From Candidatus Anstonellales archaeon (lineage in GTDB: Archaea > Micrarchaeota > Micrarchaeia > Anstonellales > J096): DNA of 64,000 nucleotides. The DNA lies in contig JAWAFI010000001.1 of assembly GCA_038890615.1 (NCBI GenBank), positions 342,889-406,888 on the forward strand, given 5' to 3'. Below the pieces are notes generated by a model. It searched no databases. It was not told the DNA's origin and saw only the letters and a program-made list of their open reading frames with translations. Each line of letters begins with the position of its first letter. The stretch's first letter is position 1. This document shows, in pieces, positions 8,610 to 17,028 of this stretch. The translations under genes and the position numbers were made by a program.

Positions 8610-10061
8610 TATAGTTGTTTGGCCCTTTCTCTTAACTTCTTTTGGGGCTTCCTTTGCTCCAACAACCCTATCCCTGCTAGCCCTGCCATCCATCTCCTTC
8701 CTCATCCTTCCAAGTATGCTCTTCATCTTCTTCTCTTTGGTGAACGAAGCCCAATAATGGAATTCGTCCCTGGTGCCCTCGCTCATGAGCACATAAACCT
8801 TCCCATCCATGAACCTTCCTGCCCTCCCTCTTCTTTGTATTGTCCTTATCTCGCTTGGTATCGGCTCGTAAAAAACCACCACATCAACCTTCGGTATATC
8901 AAGCCCTTCTTCGCCTATAGAGCTCGCAACCATTATGTCAATCTCCCCGCTCCTGAACCTGCTTATTACCTCCTCTTGCTTCTTCCTGCTGTATCCCTCT
9001 TTTTTGCCTATGAAAACCTCTGCCTTTATTCCTTTCTCCTTAAGTTTTTCCACTATGTGCCTGACCTGCTCCCTATATTGCGCAAAAATTATGACCTTCT
9101 TGCCTCTTATCCTTTCAACCAGTTCCAAAAGCTTGCCCATCTTTGGGTGCTCCATTCCCTTTAGCCTTTTTTCAATCTCAATGACCTTAGGATGCCTTGA
9201 CACTATTGCTGCGCTTTTGCCCTGCTTTGCCCTTAGCCCATCAAGGTACTTTAAGAAAGCATGCACGCTCTCTGTTTCAAGGAGCTCAAGCATGTGGTTC
9301 AGGTGGAGCGCAACATTGTAATTCACAAGGAGCCTATACTTCATCCCGTGCTGTATGCCCATTATCTTCTTTCCAACTTCAATAAGCTTTGCCTTTGATT
9401 TCAATGGAAGGGGGAAGCCGGCTTCGCTCATTAGCTTGGCATAATGCTCTAGCAACCCCTTAAGCTCCTTTATTTCAGCTGCTATTGGCCCTAAACCAAC
9501 CTTTACCCACTCTATCTCTATGTTCTTTACATAGCCTTTGACATCCTCATCGCTTGCTGCCCTTATCTCTATGTTTTTTATCTTTAGGTTCTTGACCACT
9601 TCTTCAATCCTTGCTTTCTTGCCTCCTGGGGATGCTGTGAGTGCCAGGAAAAGGCAGTCAAACTTCTGCGCAATCTCAACATATGCGTAATCACCTACAG
9701 CCCTGTGCGCTTCATCAAAAACTATCAGTGAGGCATCCTTTACTAGGCCTTTCCTCATGTCATTCCTTACTGTTTGGGGCGTTGCAAATATTGCTTCACA
9801 TTTCCACAAATCCTCCCTATTCCTGCTTTCACCAGTTATAAGCACGCCTTCCTTCCCTGTGAGCTCCCTATAAGATTGCCAATGCTGCTCGCAAAGGGGC
9901 TTGGTAGGGGCCATGAATATGCATCTTCCTCCAACCCTTTCCATAACTGCAAAAGCAACAAGGGTTTTCCCAAGCCCAGTAGGCAGCACAACAAGCGTGT
10001 TTCCCTTGCTGAGAGCAGATTCAACGATATTTTTTTGGTATTCCCTCAATTCAGCCTTCAC
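8595..10061 (-). CDS. Hef/FANCM-like superfamily-2 helicase (helicase module only)
   Basis: LREYQKNIV, Walker A PTGLGKT, DEAH box (VFDEAH), TASPG, motif VI QRRGRAGR; basic K-rich tail. No ERCC4 nuclease domain. GTG start. 15-nt convergent overlap with 5100..8609. Confidence 0.85.
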   Translation of the reverse strand: MKAELREYQKNIVESALSKGNTLVVLPTGLGKTLVAFAVMERVGGRCIFMAPTKPLCEQHWQSYRELTGKEGVLITGESRNREDLWKCEAIFATPQTVRNDMRKGLVKDASLIVFDEAHRAVGDYAYVEIAQKFDCLFLALTASPGGKKARIEEVVKNLKIKNIEIRAASDEDVKGYVKNIEIEWVKVGLGPIAAEIKELKGLLEHYAKLMSEAGFPLPLKSKAKLIEVGKKIMGIQHGMKYRLLVNYNVALHLNHMLELLETESVHAFLKYLDGLRAKQGKSAAIVSRHPKVIEIEKRLKGMEHPKMGKLLELVERIRGKKVIIFAQYREQVRHIVEKLKEKGIKAEVFIGKKEGYSRKKQEEVISRFRSGEIDIMVASSIGEEGLDIPKVDVVVFYEPIPSEIRTIQRRGRAGRFMDGKVYVLMSEGTRDEFHYWASFTKEKKMKSILGRMRKEMDGRASRDRVVGAKEAPKEVKRKGQTTISDFL

Positions 10062-10116
10062 AAAGCAATAACTCAGTTATATTTAAAAAAGCCAACTCTT
10101 CTTATAAAAAGCAGGA

Positions 10117-10188
10117 GCGGCTGTAGTCTAGTCGGTAGGATATAACCTTGCCAAGGTTAAGACCCGGGTTCAAATCCCGGCAGCCGCA
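10117..10188 (+). tRNA. tRNA-Gly(GCC)
   Basis: Acceptor GCGGCTG/CAGCCGC plus A; anticodon stem TAACC/GGTTA with loop TTGCCAA; T arm CCGGG-TTCAAAT-CCCGG; 72 nt. Confidence 0.9.
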
Positions 10189-10337
10189 TATGGTTGAGAA
10201 CGAGTTCAAAGCCAACCTCCCTGTTGAGATTAGGAAAGAGCTCTCTGGGGAATGGGCCTTTAAAGAAGTTTTCAATTTTAAAGAAAAAACTCAAACAGGA
10301 AAAAACTAGAGGAAGATCTTTTTTCTGGAAAAAACAT

Positions 10338-11237
10338 ATGGCTACATGGGGCACATTACTCCGCTATGATTCAGAAAAAAACTGCATTATCTTTTATAGA
10401 TACGGGGAGGATAAACCACCCATTTCCCTAAAGCTCAATGATAAAAAGGATAAAATAGTTGGCATAAAAACTGAAATAGATGAAACATACAATAAAGCAT
10501 TTACTTTTGTTTTTGACATTCTTTCATCAGGGCTAATAAAAAAAGAGCTTGTGTCTTTTTTTGGATTTCCAAAAGAATTGGTTGATGAAGCCTCAACAAA
10601 AGCCCAGGAAGTGCTTGAAATAAGGGAAATGAATAAGAAAAAACCAGGAACAAAAGAGCTAAAAAAAGAGCTAGGAGTTATATCACCTTTAATTTACAAA
10701 GAACCAGAAATACCATCCTCAATTGCCAAAAAACCCTATGTAGTGGTGCAGGGCGAGGCAGCAATCCTAAGCAAAGACAACCCACACGATGCGCTTTATA
10801 CTTTTGGGGCAGGCCCCTGCTCAATTGTTGCAGCAGTGGTTAAGAACGAAAAAGGGGAGGTGGAGAAGGTTGCCCTGGCTCACCTTGATATTTTTGTAAG
10901 CAAGCAGGACATGAGGAAGCTTTTGGGCATCATCAACTTCGGGAGCCACCAAGTAGAATTTTCAATAATAAGCGGGCAAGAAAACCTGGTGCTTAAAATA
11001 TACGAAGTCCTCAACGAATTCAACAATGTGAAAGACATAAAGTATTTTGATGTTGACCTTGAAGGATCAAGGAATGACAGCCTTGCAATAACAAAAGAAG
11101 GAAAAATTTTCTATGGGGAAAACCAAGAATGGAACCAAATGGCCAGTAGAAGGATAGACCAAACAAACAGGATGTTCAACACACAACTTAACATAACCCA
11201 TCTAGGCGAAAAAGAGCAGAAGATTTTGGTAAAGTAA
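10338..11237 (+). CDS. Hypothetical protein with C-terminal CheD-like (Thr-Cys-His) deamidase-fold domain
   Basis: C-terminal ~150 aa align by eye to CheD: TFGAGPCSIVAAV..(21 aa C to H)..LAHLD versus T. maritima TLGLGSCVAV...MAHVMLP, and DLEGSRNDSLAITKEGKIFY versus DTGGNRARSVEYNIETGKLLV. Start placed at the first ATG (10338); the ORF-track TTG at 10194 begins 6 nt after tRNA-Gly. Confidence 0.6.
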   Translation: MATWGTLLRYDSEKNCIIFYRYGEDKPPISLKLNDKKDKIVGIKTEIDETYNKAFTFVFDILSSGLIKKELVSFFGFPKELVDEASTKAQEVLEIREMNKKKPGTKELKKELGVISPLIYKEPEIPSSIAKKPYVVVQGEAAILSKDNPHDALYTFGAGPCSIVAAVVKNEKGEVEKVALAHLDIFVSKQDMRKLLGIINFGSHQVEFSIISGQENLVLKIYEVLNEFNNVKDIKYFDVDLEGSRNDSLAITKEGKIFYGENQEWNQMASRRIDQTNRMFNTQLNITHLGEKEQKILVK

Positions 11238-11276
11238 ATTTTTAAAGAAGGAATGTAAAAGCAATTGAGGAGTAAA

Positions 11277-11765
11277 ATGCCAAAAAAACTATGCAGCTGC
11301 AATCCAAAGCAGGAGGATTACGAGAAATTTATGAGAATGGCAATAGAGGAGAGCATTATTTCTGTGAAGGAAGGCCAGACTCCTTTTGGAGCCGTAATAG
11401 TCAAGGATGGAAAAATAATAGCAAAAGCGCACAACAGTGTCTACAAAACCTCTGACCCAACTGCGCATGCTGAAATGAACGCTATACGCATTGCATCATC
11501 AAAGGCAGGCATAAACCTAAAAGGGGCGATATTGTTCTCTTCCTGCGAGCCCTGCCCAATGTGCTTCTCTGCATCTCATTGGGCTAAGATAAGCGAGATT
11601 GTATACGGCGCAACAATAGATGACGCAAGAAAGCTGGGGTTCAGGGAGATTTCCATATACAACAAAGATTTCCTTTCGAAAGGTTCTTCCATAAAGATCA
11701 TTCCAGGCCTCCTGCGCAAGGAAGCGGTCAAAGCGATGAAGAAGTGGAAGGGGCGGCCTTACTAG
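11277..11765 (+). CDS. CDA-fold zinc deaminase, guanine-deaminase-like (alternatively TadA-like)
   Basis: HAEMNAIR and SCEPCPMC zinc motifs. PFGAVIVKDGKIIAKAHN and DPTAHAE resemble B. subtilis-type guanine deaminase. GAGGAG Shine-Dalgarno 5 nt upstream of ATG 11277. Confidence 0.75.
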   Translation: MPKKLCSCNPKQEDYEKFMRMAIEESIISVKEGQTPFGAVIVKDGKIIAKAHNSVYKTSDPTAHAEMNAIRIASSKAGINLKGAILFSSCEPCPMCFSASHWAKISEIVYGATIDDARKLGFREISIYNKDFLSKGSSIKIIPGLLRKEAVKAMKKWKGRPY

Positions 11766-11769
11766 AAAG

Positions 11770-11853
11770 TGCAGGGAGTGGGATTCGAACCCACGAACCC
11801 ACTTAGGGACAGGCTCCTGAGGCCTGCGCCTTTGACCACTTGGCGATCCCTGC
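11770..11853 (-). tRNA. tRNA-Leu(CAG)
   Basis: Reverse complement folds as acceptor GCAGGGA/TCCCTGC plus A, anticodon stem CAGGC/GCCTG with loop CTCAGGA, long variable arm (TCCCTAAGTGGGTTC), T arm GTGGG-TTCGAAT-CCCAC; 84 nt. Confidence 0.9.
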
Positions 11854-11938
11854 TCCTCTTCTATAACATCCCCTTGCTATTTAAGCGTTCTTTTAAACCT
11901 CTTTACCCTATCGGCAGCTTCTTCCCTGTATTTCCTTA

Positions 11939-12571
11939 TCATTTCTGCAATCCCTTGTCCTTTGCAAGGTCCTCTGCCATCCTGCCTTCATTATCCTGCA
12001 GCAACGGGTTTGCCCCAAGCCTCATGAGCTCAATGCACCCTTCTTTATTGCCCCATATTGCTGCGATCATCAGCGCTGTCCTTTGCATGCAATCAGTTGC
12101 ATCTATATTAGCCCCTTTTTTGACAAGTGGCTCAATCAATTTTGGGCTGTTTATGGCAGCAAACATAAGCGCAGTCATTCCACTCTTCCTTTTTGCATTT
12201 GGGTCTGCGCCTGCATCAAGCAGGATGCTGGCAATCTTCTCGCTGTCGCTCCAAACAGCAATAATAAGGGCTGTGTCTCCATCGCAATTTTTCTGTTCTA
12301 TGCAAGCCCCCATGCTAATAAGGGCTTTAACTACATCCTCTTTTCCGCTGAAAACAGCTTCCATCAAAGGGGTCCAGCCATCAAGCCCTACAGCATTGAC
12401 AGAAGCGCCTTTTGCAACAGCATCCTTGCACCTTTCTAAATAGCCTTCCCTAGCTGCCAATATAAGCTCATGCTCTAGTTGGTTTAATAATCTTTCAGGG
12501 TTTTTAAGAAATCTGCTGGGCATCCTCTCCTTGCTGTACACCGCCTTCCTTCCCTTTTCCTTTTCTTTCAT
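11939..12571 (-). CDS. Ankyrin-repeat protein (about 5 repeats)
   Basis: Repeated G.TPLM.A...G....V..Li..GA..n units (GWTPLMEAVFSGKEDVVKALISMGACIEQ, DGDTALIIAV..., SGMTALMFAA..., MQRTALMIAA...). Confidence 0.9.
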   Translation of the reverse strand: MKEKEKGRKAVYSKERMPSRFLKNPERLLNQLEHELILAAREGYLERCKDAVAKGASVNAVGLDGWTPLMEAVFSGKEDVVKALISMGACIEQKNCDGDTALIIAVWSDSEKIASILLDAGADPNAKRKSGMTALMFAAINSPKLIEPLVKKGANIDATDCMQRTALMIAAIWGNKEGCIELMRLGANPLLQDNEGRMAEDLAKDKGLQK

Positions 12572-12618
12572 GGCAATACCGTTTCTCTCTGCATTATAAT
12601 TAGCACTTCCCGAAACCC

Positions 12619-12626
12619 TTTAAAAT
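12619..12626 (+). promoter_or_regulatory. TATA-like box upstream of the L41e micro-gene
   Basis: TTTAAAAT ~38 nt upstream of TTG 12661, leaving room for a short leader carrying AGGTGA (12651-12656). Confidence 0.35.
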
Positions 12627-12660
12627 CCTCGCATTCTAAGCAGTTAATAAAGGTGAGCAT

Positions 12661-12774
12661 TTGGGAGCCAAGCCAAGGAAGTGGAAGAAGAAAGGCAAGA
12701 TGCGCTGGAAATGGGTAAAGAAGAAAAGGAGAAGGATAAAAAGGCAGCAGAAGAGGAGGGTAGGGAAGCTTTAA
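12661..12774 (+). CDS. rpl41e: 50S ribosomal protein L41e-like micro-protein (not in the ORF track)
   Basis: ATG 12700 to TAA 12774 encodes [24 protein letters not shown], the extremely basic ~25-aa L41e pattern (M.aKW.KKR.RRLKRKRRK...). An in-frame TTG at 12661, 4 nt downstream of AGGTGA, would add [13 protein letters not shown]. Start is uncertain between 12661 and 12700. Stop overlaps the kbl stop on the other strand. Confidence 0.55.
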   Translation: MGAKPRKWKKKGKMRWKWVKKKRRRIKRQQKRRVGKL

Positions 12775-14018
12775 ATCCCTAGCTCTTTTGCGCATGAGCT
12801 TATTTTCCCAATGAATTCATCAATATCAGCTTTTGAGTGGGCGGCGCTTAGCTGGACTCTTATCTCATCCTTCCCTTTTGGCACAACAGGGAAGCTTATG
12901 TTTGTAACCAAAATTCCATTCTCAAAAAGAGCATCTGTTAGCTCCTTTGCCTTTGCTGCATCCCCTATAAGCACAGGCTGTATTGGGTGCTCTGATTCAG
13001 CAGAGAACTTCAGCCCTGCGTTCTTTGCCTTCTCCTTAAAGTATCGTATGTTTTCATTTAGCTTCCTGATGAGCCCCTTACCCTCTGGGGAATCAACAAC
13101 ATTGAGAGCTTCAAGCGCAGCAGCAGCAGTTCCTGGGGATACAGGGTTTGAGTATATGTAAGTGGCAGCTGATTCCCTAAGGTAATCAACAATAATCTTG
13201 TCCCCAACAACATATCCCCCATCGCTTCCAAATCCCTTTCCAAAGGTGCCTACAAGCAAGTCGCACTTTGCCCCTGCCTTCTCTTCGCACCCCCTTCCTG
13301 TTTCCCCAAAGCACGCAACCCCATGGCTGTCGTCAACCACGCTTATCACCCCTTCTTCATAATCGCCATCGTGCTTATTGCAAACCTCAACCATCTTCCT
13401 AAGATCAGGGCATTCCCCTAGCATTGAGAATATGCCATCGCTTACCACTATTGCCCTCTTGAACTTCCCTGCATTTTCGCTTAGCACCTTATCCAACTCT
13501 TCATAATCCATATGCTTGAATATCGCCCTGTTTTCCTTTGGAAGCCCTGCAACCCTTATGCCATCTATTATGCTCCTGTGGTTCAGCTCATCTGAAACTA
13601 CAAGCGTTTCCCCCCCAACAAGCGAGGCGCTGCTCTGCCCTTTTATTATGCAGTGGAGCACTGCCATGTTTGCAGCAAATGCAGAAGAGAAAACCATCCC
13701 TGCCTCTCTCTTGTGGAACTCAGCCACCTTCTCCTCAAGCTCAACATGAACTTTAAGCGTTCCAGCGATGAACCTGACAGCGCCTGGCCCAGAGCCGTAC
13801 TTCTTTGCAGCTTCTTCTTCTGCCTTGTTTACCCTTGGGTTGAACCTGAGCCCCAAGTAGTCATTTGAGTTGAACACTAAGTATTTTTTCCCTCCAATAA
13901 TCGCCTTTTTGTCTTTGGTAAATCCTTCAATCACTTTCTCCCATCTTTTAGATGTTTTTGAGTCATCTGTCCTCTTCAGCTCCCTTGCTATTAGCTCATA
14001 GAATTTTTCCTTCGGCAT
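12771..14018 (-). CDS. kbl: 2-amino-3-ketobutyrate CoA ligase (glycine C-acetyltransferase), PLP-dependent
   Basis: Alpha-oxoamine synthase family layout: [33 protein letters not shown] (PLP Lys). Divergently paired with tdh. Start at ATG 14018 ([10 protein letters not shown]...) rather than the upstream ORF-track start, which overlaps tdh. Confidence 0.9.
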   Translation of the reverse strand: MPKEKFYELIARELKRTDDSKTSKRWEKVIEGFTKDKKAIIGGKKYLVFNSNDYLGLRFNPRVNKAEEEAAKKYGSGPGAVRFIAGTLKVHVELEEKVAEFHKREAGMVFSSAFAANMAVLHCIIKGQSSASLVGGETLVVSDELNHRSIIDGIRVAGLPKENRAIFKHMDYEELDKVLSENAGKFKRAIVVSDGIFSMLGECPDLRKMVEVCNKHDGDYEEGVISVVDDSHGVACFGETGRGCEEKAGAKCDLLVGTFGKGFGSDGGYVVGDKIIVDYLRESAATYIYSNPVSPGTAAAALEALNVVDSPEGKGLIRKLNENIRYFKEKAKNAGLKFSAESEHPIQPVLIGDAAKAKELTDALFENGILVTNISFPVVPKGKDEIRVQLSAAHSKADIDEFIGKISSCAKELGI

Positions 14019-14040
14019 GTGCCTTATATCTTCCCCAACC

Positions 14041-14049
14041 TTTTTTAAT
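14041..14049. promoter_or_regulatory. Shared TATA-like element of the divergent kbl/tdh pair
   Basis: TTTTTTAAT lies 26-27 nt from both ATG 14018 (-) and ATG 14071 (+). Only 52 nt separate the two start codons, implying leaderless transcripts. Confidence 0.45.
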
Positions 14050-14070
14050 CCTGCTTTTCTTAACCCCATT

Positions 14071-15024
14071 ATGAAAATACTTGTAACGGGCGCAGCAGGC
14101 CAGATTGGGTCTGAGCTTGTGCCTGCCCTTCGCGAAAGATATGGAACCGAAAGCGTGATACCTCTATACCACCACACCATTCCCAAAGGCATTGAGAAGC
14201 CTTACATTATAGGGGATGCCACTGACAAGGATTTCCTTTTTGGAGCAATAAAAGACAATGAGATAGATGTTATTTACCACCTTGTAGGGATTCTGTCAGC
14301 AAAAGGGGAGAAGGACCCTGACCTTGCCTATTCAGTGAATATGGGCAGCCTGAAAAACGTGCTTGACATTGCCAGATGGCTCAAGGAGAATGGCAAGCCA
14401 ATAAAAGTATTCTGGCCAAGCTCTATTGCTGCCTTTGGCCCAACAACGCCAAGGGACAAAACGCCACAGCACACTGTGCTTGAGCCATCCACAATGTACG
14501 GGGTCACAAAGGTTGCGGGGGAGCTTCTTGTAAATTACTATTTCAAAAAATTCGGAATAGACACACGAAGCGTCCGCTATCCAGGCATAATAAGCTGGAA
14601 AACGCCTCCAGGCGGGGGCACCACAGATTACGCAGTTGAGATTTTTCATGAAGCTCTAAAGAACAAATCATACACATGCTTCTTAAACAAGGGAACATAC
14701 TTGCCCATGATGTATATGGATGATGCCATAAGGGGGACTATAGAGCTTATGGAGGCAGAGCCTTCACGCATAAAGGTAAGGACAAGCTACAACATTGCTG
14801 CAGTAAGCTTCGCCCCAGAGCATATTGCAGAGGAAATAGCAAAGCATATCCCTGGATTCAGGATTTCATACAATCCTGACTTCAGGCAACAGATCGCTGA
14901 TTCTTGGCCGCGCTCAATAGACGATTCCGCAGCACGCTCTGATTGGGGGTGGAGCCATCGCTATGGGTTGAAGGAAATTGTGGAAGCCATGCTTTCCAAC
15001 CTTAAAAGGGAGCTTAACCTTTAG
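14071..15024 (+). CDS. tdh: L-threonine 3-dehydrogenase, NAD-dependent epimerase/dehydratase (extended SDR) type
   Basis: MKILVTGAAGQIGSEL Rossmann motif, YGVTK catalytic Tyr-x3-Lys, ~317 aa. The pairing with kbl is the classic threonine-to-glycine pathway. Confidence 0.85.
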   Translation: MKILVTGAAGQIGSELVPALRERYGTESVIPLYHHTIPKGIEKPYIIGDATDKDFLFGAIKDNEIDVIYHLVGILSAKGEKDPDLAYSVNMGSLKNVLDIARWLKENGKPIKVFWPSSIAAFGPTTPRDKTPQHTVLEPSTMYGVTKVAGELLVNYYFKKFGIDTRSVRYPGIISWKTPPGGGTTDYAVEIFHEALKNKSYTCFLNKGTYLPMMYMDDAIRGTIELMEAEPSRIKVRTSYNIAAVSFAPEHIAEEIAKHIPGFRISYNPDFRQQIADSWPRSIDDSAARSDWGWSHRYGLKEIVEAMLSNLKRELNL

Positions 15025-15025
15025 C

Positions 15026-16330
15026 TTAAGCATTTTGCTTAACGAACTCCACAAGCTCCCTTGCAATCTTCTCTGCTTTTGCCTTGTCTTTTGATTCTGC
15101 GAAGACCCTTATGAAATTCTCTGTGCCAGAAGGCCTTATGAGGAACCAAGAGCCATCTTCCATGTCCACCCTGACCCCATCAACCATGTTCGCTTGAGGG
15201 TATTTTGCGTATATTGCCTCCATTGCCTTTTTCTTTTCAGTGCACTCAACCTTTTCTTTAATCAGCCAGTACTTTGGCATCCTTCTTAGGGCATTTTCAA
15301 TCCCTTCCTCTGCCTCTATCTCAAGCATCTTAAGCCCAGTTAGGAAGCCGTCCTTTGCGTAGCTGAACTCAGGCCACACAGTGCCCCCAACCTCTTCCCC
15401 TGCCATAATGCCACCTACCTCAATGAGCTTTTCAACTATGTACGGCACCCCAACTTTAGTTTTGACAACACTCCCCCCTGCTGCTTTTACAACCTCATCA
15501 ACGACGTTGCTTGTGCCAACTGTGCTTACCACAATCCCTTTTTTGTGCCTAAGCTTTCTTTCTGCAGCCAAGGCAAACACCACATCCCCAGAGACAAAGC
15601 CAGAGGGGGCTGCAAGCGATATCCTGTCTCCATCTCCGTCCCATGCGATCCCTATGTCAGCATTGCCTTCCTTGACAAAATTTATGAGCTCCTGTATGTT
15701 TGCTTCCTTTGGCTCAGAGGGCCTTCCAGGGAAAGACCCATCAACCTTCTCATTGAAAACAAATAACTCAGCAATCTCCCTAAAAAGAGGCAGCACATTG
15801 ACTGCAGTGCAGTTTGAGCAGTCAACAGCAACCTTGAGCTTAGCTTTCTTTATGAGCTGAATGTCAGCATGCTTCCTTATCTCGCTTAGATAAGTTTCCA
15901 TAACACCTTTCACTACTATATCCTTCCCTATTGAATTCCACGCAGAAGGCACCACAACCTTCTCTTCAAGCATTGCATTAGCCCTTTCTTGGGGTATTAT
16001 TACCCCGTTCTTGTCAACAATCTTTATCCCATTCCATTCCTTTGGGTTGTGTGAGGCAGTTATTATTGCAACCCCATCAAGCTTTCTGTGCCTTATCATG
16101 AATTCAGCAACAGGAGAAGGCACAAAGCCAAGGACTTCAACATCAGTGCCCCCTGCTTCTATCCCGCTTATCAATGCATGCGCATAAAGCTCAGAAGAGC
16201 TTCTGCAATCCCATGCAACCCCAACCCTTTTCCTACCTTTTGAGAAGTTGTAGCCTATCTCAACTATTCTCCTTAGGTCAAATTTCCCTGTTATCTCCCT
16301 TACCCCTGATGTTCCAAATGAAAGTGCCAT
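15026..16330 (-). CDS. Phosphoglucomutase/phosphomannomutase-family mutase (phosphoglucosamine-mutase-like)
   Basis: Active-site TASHNP (IITASHNPKEWNG), metal loop AWDGDGDR, sugar-binding GEEVGG, phosphate loop RPSGTE. Confidence 0.9.
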   Translation of the reverse strand: MALSFGTSGVREITGKFDLRRIVEIGYNFSKGRKRVGVAWDCRSSSELYAHALISGIEAGGTDVEVLGFVPSPVAEFMIRHRKLDGVAIITASHNPKEWNGIKIVDKNGVIIPQERANAMLEEKVVVPSAWNSIGKDIVVKGVMETYLSEIRKHADIQLIKKAKLKVAVDCSNCTAVNVLPLFREIAELFVFNEKVDGSFPGRPSEPKEANIQELINFVKEGNADIGIAWDGDGDRISLAAPSGFVSGDVVFALAAERKLRHKKGIVVSTVGTSNVVDEVVKAAGGSVVKTKVGVPYIVEKLIEVGGIMAGEEVGGTVWPEFSYAKDGFLTGLKMLEIEAEEGIENALRRMPKYWLIKEKVECTEKKKAMEAIYAKYPQANMVDGVRVDMEDGSWFLIRPSGTENFIRVFAESKDKAKAEKIARELVEFVKQNA

Positions 16331-16350
16331 AAAATGTATAAAAGCAACCT

Positions 16351-16362
16351 TTTTAATAAAAA
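16351..16362. promoter_or_regulatory. Shared TATA-like element of a divergent pair (mutase / 16380 ORF)
   Basis: TTTTAATAAAAA is centred 26 nt from ATG 16330 (-) and 24 nt from ATG 16380 (+). Confidence 0.45.
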
Positions 16363-16379
16363 GCGCAAAGGCACTTTTT

Positions 16380-17018
16380 ATGGTTGTGCCTCTTTTCCTG
16401 GCTGTGCGCCAAAGAAAGCAGGAGCTTCACGAGATAAGACCATCCCTCTTCTCAAAAATATTTCTTGAGGACAAAAAGACTTCCGAAAAAATCCAGAAAG
16501 CTCTTGAGAAAAGTCCCAGGGAGCTTGAGCTCATGCTAACCATAACAAGAATGAAACCATATTGCATTTTGCCAAACCACTTGGTTGATAAAGCTGCAGA
16601 GGCAATAGAATTGGCAGGGCTAAAGACACTTAAGTCTTCCAATAAGGAAAGGGGCACTTATGTCTATAGCCCAGATGCCCTTTCAGAGTTCTTATTTTTC
16701 TTAGGGGTAAACGCTGTGTCACCGCGCGAGTACCTTAAGACGTGTGACCAGATAGAATTACTCATGGAATTCTTGAGACCCAATATACTCCAAGAAGGAA
16801 GTACAACCATAAAAATCTACGCAGAGGGGCTTGAAGGAAGCATAAACTTCACAGCCCCTAAAAACTCAAATTGCAGAGAGATGATAGAAGAATATGGGGC
16901 TGCAATAAAAAAACTAGAAGCTTTTGGGGTGAAAAACCTTGGCAAGGTTGTTGCTGAATTAAGGGTGAACAAAAAGATAGGAGGGCCAGCTAGAACTAGC
17001 ACAATCATTTTCCCTTGA
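16380..17018 (+). CDS. Hypothetical protein (212 aa)
   Basis: Long ORF with a correctly spaced TATA box; no motif recognised. Confidence 0.55.
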   Translation: MVVPLFLAVRQRKQELHEIRPSLFSKIFLEDKKTSEKIQKALEKSPRELELMLTITRMKPYCILPNHLVDKAAEAIELAGLKTLKSSNKERGTYVYSPDALSEFLFFLGVNAVSPREYLKTCDQIELLMEFLRPNILQEGSTTIKIYAEGLEGSINFTAPKNSNCREMIEEYGAAIKKLEAFGVKNLGKVVAELRVNKKIGGPARTSTIIFP

Positions 17019-17028
17019 GGTTGTCAAT

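Noticed and set aside
10190-10337. TTG-initiated N-terminal extension of the CheD-like ORF (from 10194), and an alternative 38-aa ATG ORF (10190..10306) directly downstream of tRNA-Gly
   Set aside because: Both begin within 6 nt of the tRNA 3' end and have no promoter or Shine-Dalgarno room. The extension is Lys/Ser-rich filler. The first ATG at 10338 is the more parsimonious start. The 38-aa ORF has no supporting signal.
11769-12443. 224-aa plus-strand ORF
   Set aside because: It starts inside tRNA-Leu(CAG) and runs antisense to the clearly real ankyrin-repeat gene. Its low-complexity Ser/Leu/Pro-rich translation is typical of a shadow ORF.
10062-12700. Integrated element between tRNA-Gly and tRNA-Leu (CheD-like, deaminase and ankyrin genes)
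   Set aside because: The idea is tempting because of the tRNA flanks and odd gene content. However, I see no integrase, no att-like direct repeat of a tRNA 3' end, and no phage or plasmid gene. I kept it only as a compositional question in the findings.
12568-12795. 75-aa minus-strand ORF in the ankyrin/kbl intergenic region
   Set aside because: Its Pro/Leu-rich translation is implausible and it overlaps the kbl 3' end. The plus strand here encodes a convincing L41e-like peptide with promoter and Shine-Dalgarno.
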